From the NCBI GenBank assembly GCA_027021705.1, contig JALUTT010000087.1, forward strand, positions 1 to 38,058: 38,058 bases of DNA. The letters run 5' to 3'. Below the pieces are notes generated by a model. The model made no database searches. It was not told the origin of the DNA and saw nothing but the letters and a program-made list of their open reading frames with translations. Both the position numbers and the translations under genes were made by a program. Source of the DNA: Anaerolineae bacterium. Lineage in GTDB: Bacteria; Chloroflexota; Anaerolineae; S140-20. Of this stretch, positions 9,301 through 17,071 are shown in pieces; the first letter of the stretch is position 1; the number at the start of each line of letters is the position of its first letter.

Positions 9301-10046
9301 TCCGGCCTCGTCTCCATCGCCTCCAGGGGATCGCGGGTGGGGGCGCGGGACGGGGTGTAGCGCAGGAGCTTCTGACGGACGGCCTGGGGGATGGGCACGG
9401 CGAGCCAGTCCGGCTCGCGGTGCGACCGGAGCCGCTCGAAGCGGTTCGCGACCTCGGCGACGTAGAGCCGTCCTTCCTCGGTCCAGGAGCGGAAGACTAT
9501 GAACTGCTCGTAGTTGCGCCGCCAGCCTGCCTCCGACTCGTTGACGCTGCCCACGAAGGCGATTCGGTCGCCTTGGGCATCGGTGAAGAGGCCGACCTTG
9601 GGGTGGAAGTAATCGTGGGCCTCGGAGGCGGGGAGGGGGAGCCCATCCGGCCCCTTGGGGAGGACGACGCAGATCTCCAGCGTGCCGGTCGCGACCATCC
9701 AAGCCAGGGCGGCCAGCCGATCGCGCATCAGGTGGTCGGCCAGGGCCTCCGGGTCGGGCAGGGTGTGGCTCAGGCGGGTGGCGACGACCTCCCGCAGGTC
9801 GTGGCCCTGGCGGATCGCCTCCACGTCCTCGGGGGTCAGTTGAGCACCGACGAGGAGGCGCATTCGACCGCCGTTGGCGATGAGGTGGGCGATGCCGGCG
9901 GCGGCCACGGCCAGGGCGCTGCTGGTGAAGAAGCCAGCCATCCGGTCGTAGCGGACGCTGGCCGAGAGGGCGGGGATGTAGAAGGCGTGGAGGGGGTCGT
10001 CGGCGGGGGCGTAGGAGAGTTGGAAGGGATGGTCACGCAATCTCAT
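6309..10046 (-). CDS. PLD-family nuclease fused to SNF2-type helicase (restriction-like system effector)
   Basis: N-terminal HPK...D...GSVN PLD motif; LADEVGLGKT, DEAHH, TATP, SEGLNLQ, EQRIGRVDRIGQ. Confidence 0.9.
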   Translation of the reverse strand: MRLRDHPFQLSYAPADDPLHAFYIPALSASVRYDRMAGFFTSSALAVAAAGIAHLIANGGRMRLLVGAQLTPEDVEAIRQGHDLREVVATRLSHTLPDPEALADHLMRDRLAALAWMVATGTLEICVVLPKGPDGLPLPASEAHDYFHPKVGLFTDAQGDRIAFVGSVNESEAGWRRNYEQFIVFRSWTEEGRLYVAEVANRFERLRSHREPDWLAVPIPQAVRQKLLRYTPSRAPTRDPLEAMETRPEPLRERVAQITLTSALRREQVLCRFLRDAPYLVGALGLGAATCAITPWPHQQAVARRVVETFPTRYLLADEVGLGKTIEAGLVLRQLWLSGIVRRALILAPKSVLRQWQEELYEKFALNVPLYDGATFRDLWGREHVPTTPNPWDGVDLALASSQLVKRRDRQRTLLEARPWDLVIVDEAHHARRRDFQDLDHYRPNRLLELLDRLQTRTRGLILLTATPMQVHPIEVWDLLNLLGLGGEWGGDGRAFLRFYEQLRLPPDRADWTFLIRLLRAELAQSGGNLDPRFEAKAVRQLGPVDWERVQNLLDDSNPARAFRALPSEAKAVALELARRHTPLRRLVLRNTRQLLREYARRGLLRAEVPTRDPQPIWVPMRGEERALYERIEEYITRFYRKYEDERKGLGFVMTVYRRRLTSSFYAVQRSLERRLDFLRGRAGLGLVEDDLEQAELSLDVDEWDLADRAFFREEITYLEDFVHELAMLGGHDSKVERLLDDLRELFRHRDTVLIFTQYTDTMDFLRERLRQSYGPQVACYSGRGGERWDGVTWVPVTKEEIKNTFREGKGIKILLCTEAASEGLNLQTCGVLLNYDMPWNPMRVEQRIGRVDRIGQRYDRVWIRNYFYEGTVEAQVYQALSRRIAWFHEVVGPLQPILARVERVIETVAMVPEAERRQALQAELERIQTELDAIRDGLNLDEWAGQAEGTGLGPPPVTLPDLATVLTSTPTLCPLFRPHETIANAFWLRQGEREVAVTFDPATFDAHPNTLQLLTFGNPLLASLLAQVPSPDGDTTTPGRVLRLRVETPLPRVAYYALDAAGRPRRLDRLTDLQAALEAPEPAGDWSEGAVETARRDLERLVEAEWTALQTFQARLDEAGRSALAVRAARLLLDAALVELALAQQPDLFDQGTYPAAFDMAAMLGLRRHGYPWTALVRIAKTHLRSPRPTDPFFVSIQDEPADRLRQRFKRLQQQATRLVEKAGSFVTPREGPSPRRRTPPTSL

Positions 10047-10067
10047 TGGAAAGCCGTCCTGAAACCA

Positions 10068-12980
10068 TCACAGCAACCGGATCTGACGGGCCCGTTCTCG
10101 CGTGATCTCCTCCCGTACCTCCAACTCCTCGAAAAACGCCAGCCGCAACCGCTCCAACACCTCCGCCTCCGGGCGGACGAACTTCCCCTCGACCCGCGTG
10201 CGGGGGATGGCGTTGAGCAGAGCCTGCAAACAGGCTCTGAACGTGCTGTCGTTCTTCAACTTGGTGCGCTTGAGAAACGCTTCACAGGCCGACGCCCCGT
10301 CCTCCTCGTATACCAACATCGCCGTGTGGACGGCGTCCAGCCAGGTGGCAAAACGGTCCGCTTCAGGATCAACCCGGCCCCGGCCTCGCCGCTGCTTCGG
10401 CTCCAACAACTCGACGTCGCTCCCCCGCTTGCCTACCACCCGATGGCGCACCAGGTCGCGCTCCACGTCCAGCCCCAGGACCAGGGCCAACTTGCGGGCT
10501 TCGTCGGCGGGGAAGCGGACCGCCTTGAACTCATCCCAGGCCCCCAGATACCAGTCGGTCACCGCGTCGAATTGAACCTCCCGTCCGCCCACCATCCCCC
10601 GCTTACGCAGGGCGAAGACCTCTCGGCGGGCCAGGTCCAGCGCCGTCTCGGGGCGCAGCGGCTTCGGTTGACCGGTCCGCTCGTCCACCTCCCGGGTGAG
10701 GACCGGCCAGTGCTGGGAGATGACGGAGAGCACCGGCCCGAAGGTGCTGAGGTAGAGGTCCACCCCTGTGATCCCCTGTGCGGCGAACTCCGCCGCCTTC
10801 TCGCGGGCCACCTGCCGGACCTGGGGGGCGATGTCGTCCCACCAGACGGGGGCCGTGTCGCGTGCGGCGCGTGGTCGCTTGCGGCAGGTGAGCAGGATGG
10901 TGCTGCGGGTGGCGTTCTTCTTGGCCTGATGAAGGGAATGCTCGCTCTCGGTGTGGACGGGCCAGGAAGCCTCGATGGTAAACCCGGCCCCGATGAGCGC
11001 CGTGGCCAAAGTGTCCCACGCCTCCACCCGCTTGTGGGTGAACATCACCGTCAGGACGCCGTCGTCCCGCAGGATGCGGTGCATCTCTCGGAAGGCGGCG
11101 GTCATCTTGCGCTCGTAATCCCGCTCGGCCAGGGCCCTTGCCCCCTGCCTTCCCCGATGGGCGGGGAGGCCCACTTCCTTGAAACGGGCCGGGTTGGCTA
11201 CTGCCTCGGCGTCCTTGTCGGTCAGTTGGGCGGCGAACCACTGAGGGTAGAGGTGACCGACGGTCCGCTTAAGCCAGACGTAGAAGAAGTCCGAGAGCTC
11301 GGCGTACATCACGTTGTCGTAGTAGGGCGGGTCGGTGACGATGGCGTGGGCGGAGTGCTCGGGGAGGGCGGAGAGGTCGGCAGCGTTGGATTGGAGGATG
11401 GTGACGGGGCTGCGCTCAAAGGCGTGGCCCTCCAGCACGCTCCCGGGGGAGGTCAGCAGCTTCGCCAGCTCTCGGTAGGCATCCACCACCTGGTGGGTGC
11501 ACCAGGGGAGAAGGTTGGCAGAAGCGTCAAATTCAGCGTGGCTCCAGACGAAGGCGAAATCGTGACGGTCGAAGATGCTGCGGATGCCCCGCGAGGGGTC
11601 GAAGCGGCAAGCACGATCATTGTAGATCGCGGCCTTGTCCATCATAATGCCTAGGTAGGTCTCTACCGCCGCGGCCCGCTCCGGGTTCATCGCAGCGCGG
11701 ATCTCAGCACGTAGGTCCCGCAGCGCCTCGACGAAGGTGCCCAAGGCCAGGAGTTGGCGGGGGGAGAACATGTCGGCCCAGGTGTGCATACCGTATAGCA
11801 GCGGTCGAGGATCGTTGCCCTCCGGGATCGGCTCGGTGGGGACGATCTCCTCGGCCTCCCATCGAGGGCGGAGCCGTGCCAATTCTTCCTCGGCGGCGCG
11901 GGCGGCGGCCAAGTCCTCCTCAACGGGGGCGCGGAAATCGAAGCCCCCCCGCCGCTTGATCGCCACGGCGTAGAGTATTTGCCCCATCCGCCCGGCCTGG
12001 GCCTGCGCTTTGATGTAGTCGCCATCAATGGTCTCACCGGTCCAGGGGGAGCGGCCCACACCCCGGCGGACCGTGCCTTCATTGGGGTCGAAGTCAACGG
12101 CCTCGCCCCGGGCGATCTCGAAGCGGGGCTCATCCCAATCCGGCTCGACCAGCAGGCGGACGGCGACGGGGGTCTTGCCCTTGCTCAGCCACCAGTTGGG
12201 GGAGAGGGGGACCGGCTTGCCGGTGGTGGGGCAGGGGACGGTGCGGGCCCAGAGGTAGGCAAAGATGTTCTCCCCCTCTGCCTTGGGGAAGAAGCGAGCC
12301 AGTCGCTCCCGGACCCGCCGTGCCCATTTTTCTCCCCACCGTTTGATGTCGGCGGCCAGGCCAGGGCCGAAGCGGGCGGGGTAGTCCAGCGTGGCTTTGA
12401 GGATGACGGCGGCAACGGGGTTGAGCTCGTTGGCAACGGCGGTGAGGCCGTAGCGGAGGGCTTCGAAGGGGATGGAGCCGCCGCCGGCGAAGGGGTCGAG
12501 GATGACGAAATCCCGTAGAGGCGACCCGTGCGGTCGCCCGTTGCCCCAGGTAATGGCCAGCAGTTCCTCCAGCAGGGCCAGGTCGTCGGGGGAGGGGGTA
12601 GCGGTGAAAGCACGGGGGTAGCCGTAGGGATTGGGGCCGAGGTTCTCGCCGGTCTCGCGGGCTTTCAGCAACCGCCGGCGGACCGTCACCGGGTCGCCGT
12701 GGATGCCCATCAGGCGCAGGAACCAGGCGTGGTAAGCTTCCTCGCTGGGGAAACGCCGGCGTAGGAGCGACCGGCCGGTCGCCTCTACGAGTTGAGCCCA
12801 CGAGGGCAGGAGGGAGGCGAGGACGGCGGCACGGGAGACGGTGAGGGGGCGCCGGGCCCACCAAACGTGGAGAAAGTACAGGGGCGGCAAGGCGCTGCTG
12901 GCGCCTCGCTCACGCATACTCTCCGCGCCGATGGCGTCGAAGGGGAGCCAGGATTCGAGGAGAATGGTAGGGTGGGTCAT
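10068..12980 (-). CDS. DUF1156-type adenine-specific DNA methyltransferase
   Basis: LHVWWARRPL (DUF1156 signature), DPFAGGGSIP (motif I), DPPYY (N6A catalytic motif); ATG 12980 preferred over TTG 13022. Confidence 0.9.
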   Translation of the reverse strand: MTHPTILLESWLPFDAIGAESMRERGASSALPPLYFLHVWWARRPLTVSRAAVLASLLPSWAQLVEATGRSLLRRRFPSEEAYHAWFLRLMGIHGDPVTVRRRLLKARETGENLGPNPYGYPRAFTATPSPDDLALLEELLAITWGNGRPHGSPLRDFVILDPFAGGGSIPFEALRYGLTAVANELNPVAAVILKATLDYPARFGPGLAADIKRWGEKWARRVRERLARFFPKAEGENIFAYLWARTVPCPTTGKPVPLSPNWWLSKGKTPVAVRLLVEPDWDEPRFEIARGEAVDFDPNEGTVRRGVGRSPWTGETIDGDYIKAQAQAGRMGQILYAVAIKRRGGFDFRAPVEEDLAAARAAEEELARLRPRWEAEEIVPTEPIPEGNDPRPLLYGMHTWADMFSPRQLLALGTFVEALRDLRAEIRAAMNPERAAAVETYLGIMMDKAAIYNDRACRFDPSRGIRSIFDRHDFAFVWSHAEFDASANLLPWCTHQVVDAYRELAKLLTSPGSVLEGHAFERSPVTILQSNAADLSALPEHSAHAIVTDPPYYDNVMYAELSDFFYVWLKRTVGHLYPQWFAAQLTDKDAEAVANPARFKEVGLPAHRGRQGARALAERDYERKMTAAFREMHRILRDDGVLTVMFTHKRVEAWDTLATALIGAGFTIEASWPVHTESEHSLHQAKKNATRSTILLTCRKRPRAARDTAPVWWDDIAPQVRQVAREKAAEFAAQGITGVDLYLSTFGPVLSVISQHWPVLTREVDERTGQPKPLRPETALDLARREVFALRKRGMVGGREVQFDAVTDWYLGAWDEFKAVRFPADEARKLALVLGLDVERDLVRHRVVGKRGSDVELLEPKQRRGRGRVDPEADRFATWLDAVHTAMLVYEEDGASACEAFLKRTKLKNDSTFRACLQALLNAIPRTRVEGKFVRPEAEVLERLRLAFFEELEVREEITRERARQIRLL
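12514..12540 (+). repeat. GTAG-type REP-like palindrome inside the methylase CDS
   Basis: CGTAGA-GGCGACC-CGTGC-GGTCGCC-CG; translated in frame as GRPHGSPLR. Confidence 0.65.
12760..12789. repeat. GTAG-type REP-like palindrome inside the methylase CDS
   Basis: CGTAGGAGCGACCGGCCGGTCGCCTCTACG, a near-perfect 30-bp palindrome; translated in frame as VEATGRSLLR. Confidence 0.75.
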
Positions 12981-13095
12981 ACCGTCGCCCTTGCTTTCCA
13001 GGGAAGGTTCAGATTGGGTCAAATTACGTGGCAGGCTTCCGGGGCCACCAGGGCAGAGTAATCCAGGGCACCCACCCAGCCAAGGTCGCTTGCAT

Positions 13096-13602
13096 CTATC
13101 CTCCCGCCAGAAGCGCCCTCAATGCCCTCTGCGCCCGGCGAGCACCCGGCCCACCGGTGCACTTGGAAAACCAGTAGTAGGCCTCCTCCTCCCCCATCGC
13201 CTGTACCCCTTCCCGGATGGCCTCGATCCGGTCAAAGCGGCTCAGGGGCTTCACCGCCAGGAAGATCAGTGCCAGCCGCACGCCGGTCGGTTCGTCCAGG
13301 TAGAACGGTGTATCCCGCCCGGCAGTCTGGGCCAGGTCGGTGGCCCGGTAGCCGTTGGCCCGTAGGGCGCTCAGCAGATGGTCGGCCACCGCTCGTAGTC
13401 GGTCGCCGCCCAACTCGATCCCCCACATCGCGCCGGGGGCACGCCATCCTCCCTCGCCGTTGCGCTGGAGCCACTGGTAGAGGGCCACCCGGTAGCCGCC
13501 GTCGGCCTCCGGCACCGCGTACAGCACGAAGGGACGGTCTGGATCCGGCTCCGGGGGTGGGGTGGCGCGGAAGTTTAGGGCTCTCATCATCTCCGTCTTC
13601 AT
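13096..13602 (-). CDS. Small DUF3780-like accessory protein of the restriction-like system
   Basis: Lies between the DUF499 and DUF1156 genes; C-terminal EEAYYWFSK...RAQRALRALL resembles the DUF3780-type terminus; exact start uncertain (13602/13590/13587). Confidence 0.7.
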   Translation of the reverse strand: MKTEMMRALNFRATPPPEPDPDRPFVLYAVPEADGGYRVALYQWLQRNGEGGWRAPGAMWGIELGGDRLRAVADHLLSALRANGYRATDLAQTAGRDTPFYLDEPTGVRLALIFLAVKPLSRFDRIEAIREGVQAMGEEEAYYWFSKCTGGPGARRAQRALRALLAGG

Positions 13603-13604
13603 CC

Positions 13605-16600
13605 TCAGACCCTCGGCTCCATCCCCTCACCGGGTTCCCAGGGGACCGCTTCGAGGGTGACCGTGTCCAGCCCCACCGTGGTCAGCACCTCCTGGATGGT
13701 CCCGAACTGCTCCCCGCCGACCACCAGCCCCTCGGGGAAGCGGGCGACGAGGGTGGTGCGGGCGGTGAACTTGGGCGCCTCCCGAGCCAGGCCCTCGGTG
13801 ACCTGTTTGAGCCGCCTGTACAGGCCCCAGTCGAGCTTGGCTCGGATCGAGATGTGCTGCCCATCGCCGAATTCGGCATTGTAAGTCTGCTCCACCCGGA
13901 ACTCGCCCTTGCCCAGTTGGGGGATGATCAAGCCCAGGGTGCGCATCTTCTTCGCCCCGGCCCGGTCGTCGCCATAGACGGTGATTCGTAGCGACGCCAG
14001 GTAGGTGACGCTCTGGTCATAGCAGCGGTCGAGCAACTGCTGGAGGGCCTGGTGGGGCACCCCCTCGCCGCGCAACGGCTCCCGGGGCAGGAGCGTTTCC
14101 ACCTCTTCGCCGCAGACGCACCGGCTCCGGGGGTGCCCGCAGAGCGGACAGGTGGGCTCCGGTCCGACGTGCTTCACCAGCGCCCTCTCCTTCTCCTTGA
14201 TGGGCAGGTTCAGTCGGGCGGCCTCCTCAGGCAGGTAGAGGTGGACCTCATCGCTCACATAAACGGCCGGCGGGGGGGAGTCGGCGTCGTACCCCAACCC
14301 GGCGGCCGCGTCGTAATAGATCCACACTCCGCTTTGGATACCGTTGCGGATCGTCTTCTTGAGCTGGTTGAGGTCCAACAGGATCGGCAGGCTCAATCGC
14401 CGGGCGAAGGCCTGACGCAGTTCCTCGGTGGTCATGCTCTGCTGGTGCACGCTCCAGGCTTTGGACTTGACGTAGGCTGCGGCCAGCGTAGGGTCGTTTC
14501 CGGTGAGGACCTTTTGCTGCTGCCGCAGGGCCCGCAGCACCACCGCCGACTGATCCTGATTCACCTCCCCCTGGTCCTGGGCAGGCAACACCTCGTGGAC
14601 CAGGTTGTTGTAGCGCCGGGGGGCATCGGTACGGGGGAAGAAGAGGTGGCGATAGGTTCGGGTGATCGCCACCCGGACCTCCAGCTCGGCCGCCTCACCC
14701 ATCTTCTTGAGCTTCCGCCGCTGCCCCTCGGTGAACTCCTGCATTCGCTCGACATCGCCGGTGATGCGGGCGATAGCCAGATACCGCCGGGCGGCCTGGA
14801 CCATCTCCTCCACCCGCTCCCCATCGGCCACCAGGAAGAGGAGGTTGTTGCGGAAACGGCGGAACCCTTGCTGCGCACCGGCGTGACCGGCGATCTTGAG
14901 CGCCAGTTCGGGCGGCGCGGGGTCATTGGCCGTCGCGGTGGCCGCATCGTAGTGGAGGATGACCAGCTTGGGAGGGCCGGCGTCGTCGTCCACGTCGCTC
15001 GCCTCCTGGGGGAAGAGGACGACCTTGAACGTCCCGCTCTTCCAGATCTGGCGGATGCGGTCGTCCAGCTCCGCCTTGGCCTTCGTCCGGCCCACCATGC
15101 CCATCTCGTCGGTGACGATCTTGTTCAGCGAAGGCTCCGTCTTGAAGCGGTAGCGGCGGCCATCCCACTCGAAGAACCAGCCTTTTTCCTCCAGCCGCTC
15201 GGCGGCCTTGTGGGGCAGCACGGGGTCATCGCCGGGCACCAGCACCGCCAGGAGCAGGTCGGCGGGGTCCACGCCCGTGGCGATCCCCTGGGTCAGGCTG
15301 TGCAAGAAGACGGTGGTCGCCACACGGCGGGTGTAGGGAGGCTTGCCGGCCTCCCGCCAGGTCCGGTCGAAGAGCTGGGCGTGGGCCGGCGCGCCGGCCT
15401 TGGGGCTGACGATGTCGGCTTCGATGACCTGCTTGAAGGCCGGCCGATCCAGGCGGCTGGTCAGGTCGTTGGCGATCGCCTCGACGCTTAGGTCAAGGTG
15501 GAAGGGGTGGATCAGGTAGGCGTCGGCAGGATGGGTCTCCCACAGGCGGCGGATGGCCATCGCCAGCAGCCGCAGGGCCCCCCGCGTCTTCTGAAAGTTG
15601 GGGATGGTCGAGGTCTTGCGGGTCAGGGTGTTCAGGAGCTCCGGATGGAAGGGGTAGTCGCCGGCGATCTCCTCGGTGTACTCGGCCCGGAGGGCCCGCT
15701 GGGGAAGGTTGGCCCCCTGCTCGACAAGATGGCGGTAGAAGCCGGTGTAGGCCCTGGCCGTCTCGTAAGCTGCCTCTCGGTCTATCCGCCGGAAGAGCCG
15801 GTGGGTGACGATGGCCGGGATCTCCGTCTCGCCGGCCGGGGTGATCACCCGCTCTTGGCGGGCGGAGAGCCGTCGGGCTTCGGCCAGCTCCCGCCGCAAT
15901 GCTTCCGTCTCCTGGCCGAAGGCATCGCGGGGGTCGGCCAAGGTCAGGACCACAACCACCCGCTCCCGGCTGGCGGCGAACTCGAAGAGGGACATCAGGA
16001 AGGCCACCGTCTGCTCGGCCAGGTCAGACCGACCGGTCGCCGTGGGGACCGCTTTGGCGGCCCGCAGGTGGCGGGCTACCTCGTCGAGCATAATGAGGGT
16101 GGGCCGGTTACCGATGAGGCGCTCCAGCAGCCCGGTGCCGGGGGCGGAGCGGTCCCGATCGCTGCCGGCGGCGAGGGCGTACCCGGCGGTACCGCCCAAC
16201 TGGTAGGCCAGCTCCCCCCACAGGGTGTAGGTGACGGCATCGCCGTGGTCCAGGCCGTCGCGGGGTTGCAGGTCTGAGCCGACGATGCCGACCACCCGGA
16301 TGGCGCCCGGGGGCGGGACCACCGCCTCTTCGACGAAGGACGGCCCAGGGGCATATCCCCGGGCCGCGTGGTAGAGGGCGATCAGGTTGTGGGTCTTCCC
16401 CCCTCCGAAGGCGGTCTCCAGGCGGATGATGGCGTTGTTGGTCGGCTTCACGCCCGTCAGCCGCCCCAGAGCCTCGTCCAGCAGCAGGCGCAGCCCCTCG
16501 GTGGAGTAGGTGTTGTCGAAGAAGGTGGTGGGGTTCTGGTAGATGGGGTCGGCCTGGCCTTCAATGACGTCGCGGAGGCGGGCGGCGAATATCTCCTCGC

Positions 16601-16658
16601 GCAGAAGACCTTGGAGGACCTCAGAGCGGGGCTCGCAGCTCTCGAAGACCGTTCTCAT
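13605..16658 (-). CDS. DUF499-family AAA+ ATPase
   Basis: Start MRTVFESCEPR (ATG 16658 after GGAG); LETAFGGGKTH Walker A, LIMLDE Walker B, YPFHPEL, FQKTRGALRLLA; C-terminal CPLC..CVC. Confidence 0.9.
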   Translation of the reverse strand: MRTVFESCEPRSEVLQGLLREEIFAARLRDVIEGQADPIYQNPTTFFDNTYSTEGLRLLLDEALGRLTGVKPTNNAIIRLETAFGGGKTHNLIALYHAARGYAPGPSFVEEAVVPPPGAIRVVGIVGSDLQPRDGLDHGDAVTYTLWGELAYQLGGTAGYALAAGSDRDRSAPGTGLLERLIGNRPTLIMLDEVARHLRAAKAVPTATGRSDLAEQTVAFLMSLFEFAASRERVVVVLTLADPRDAFGQETEALRRELAEARRLSARQERVITPAGETEIPAIVTHRLFRRIDREAAYETARAYTGFYRHLVEQGANLPQRALRAEYTEEIAGDYPFHPELLNTLTRKTSTIPNFQKTRGALRLLAMAIRRLWETHPADAYLIHPFHLDLSVEAIANDLTSRLDRPAFKQVIEADIVSPKAGAPAHAQLFDRTWREAGKPPYTRRVATTVFLHSLTQGIATGVDPADLLLAVLVPGDDPVLPHKAAERLEEKGWFFEWDGRRYRFKTEPSLNKIVTDEMGMVGRTKAKAELDDRIRQIWKSGTFKVVLFPQEASDVDDDAGPPKLVILHYDAATATANDPAPPELALKIAGHAGAQQGFRRFRNNLLFLVADGERVEEMVQAARRYLAIARITGDVERMQEFTEGQRRKLKKMGEAAELEVRVAITRTYRHLFFPRTDAPRRYNNLVHEVLPAQDQGEVNQDQSAVVLRALRQQQKVLTGNDPTLAAAYVKSKAWSVHQQSMTTEELRQAFARRLSLPILLDLNQLKKTIRNGIQSGVWIYYDAAAGLGYDADSPPPAVYVSDEVHLYLPEEAARLNLPIKEKERALVKHVGPEPTCPLCGHPRSRCVCGEEVETLLPREPLRGEGVPHQALQQLLDRCYDQSVTYLASLRITVYGDDRAGAKKMRTLGLIIPQLGKGEFRVEQTYNAEFGDGQHISIRAKLDWGLYRRLKQVTEGLAREAPKFTARTTLVARFPEGLVVGGEQFGTIQEVLTTVGLDTVTLEAVPWEPGEGMEPRV

Positions 16659-16720
16659 CGGGTCGCTCCGTGCTCGCGGCGGGTGGGAGGGTTGGTGTTC
16701 CAAAAGAGGCCTTGGGATAA

Positions 16721-16756
16721 CGGGTACTATTATACCCGCATTCTCCCTGAGCGCAA
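16721..16756 (-). promoter_or_regulatory. Sigma70-type promoter of the defence operon with an overlapping palindromic operator candidate
   Basis: TTGCGC-16 nt-TATAAT on the minus strand; CGGGTA-6 nt-TACCCG (16721-16738) covers the -10 box. Confidence 0.7.
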
Positions 16757-16774
16757 AGCGAGGGGAACGCGGTG

Positions 16775-16841
16775 CCACGAATGGGGCACGAATACACGAA
16801 TTAAGGACCGCCTCATTCGTGCATTGGTGAGAAATTCGTGG
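16775..16841. repeat. Imperfect inverted repeat built from CACGAAT/ATTCGTG heptamers
   Basis: Three CACGAAT copies followed by ATTCGTG, ATTGGTG, ATTCGTG; outer ends CCACGAAT...ATTCGTGG. Confidence 0.7.
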
Positions 16842-16904
16842 ACGGCCTGCTACGGACCACTCTCTCGCTCACTTATGGGTAATCATCGCAGGGGAACGGG
16901 AATC

Positions 16905-17064
16905 CGCCCGGCCTCGTCCAGCCGCGCTTGGAAGGTCTGCAGGGCGATCTCGATCACGCGCTCTACGCGGGCCAGGGTGGGCTGGAGAGGCCCCACCACC
17001 TCGTGGAACCAGGTGATGCGCCGGGAGAGGGCCCGGTAGACCTGGGCCTCGGCGGTGCCTTCGT
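16905..17064 (-). pseudogene. Internally deleted remnant of a PLD-SNF2 helicase gene (direct repeat of 6682-6723 plus 7325-7441)
   Basis: 16905-16946 matches 6682-6723 (1 mismatch in 42 nt); 16948-17064 matches 7325-7441 (about 10 mismatches in 117 nt); no in-frame start codon. Confidence 0.9.
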
Positions 17065-17071
17065 GGGGGCA

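Noticed and set aside
8631..11654. 1007-aa plus-strand ORF
   Set aside because: Antisense shadow of the helicase and methylase genes in GC-rich DNA; no recognisable motifs.
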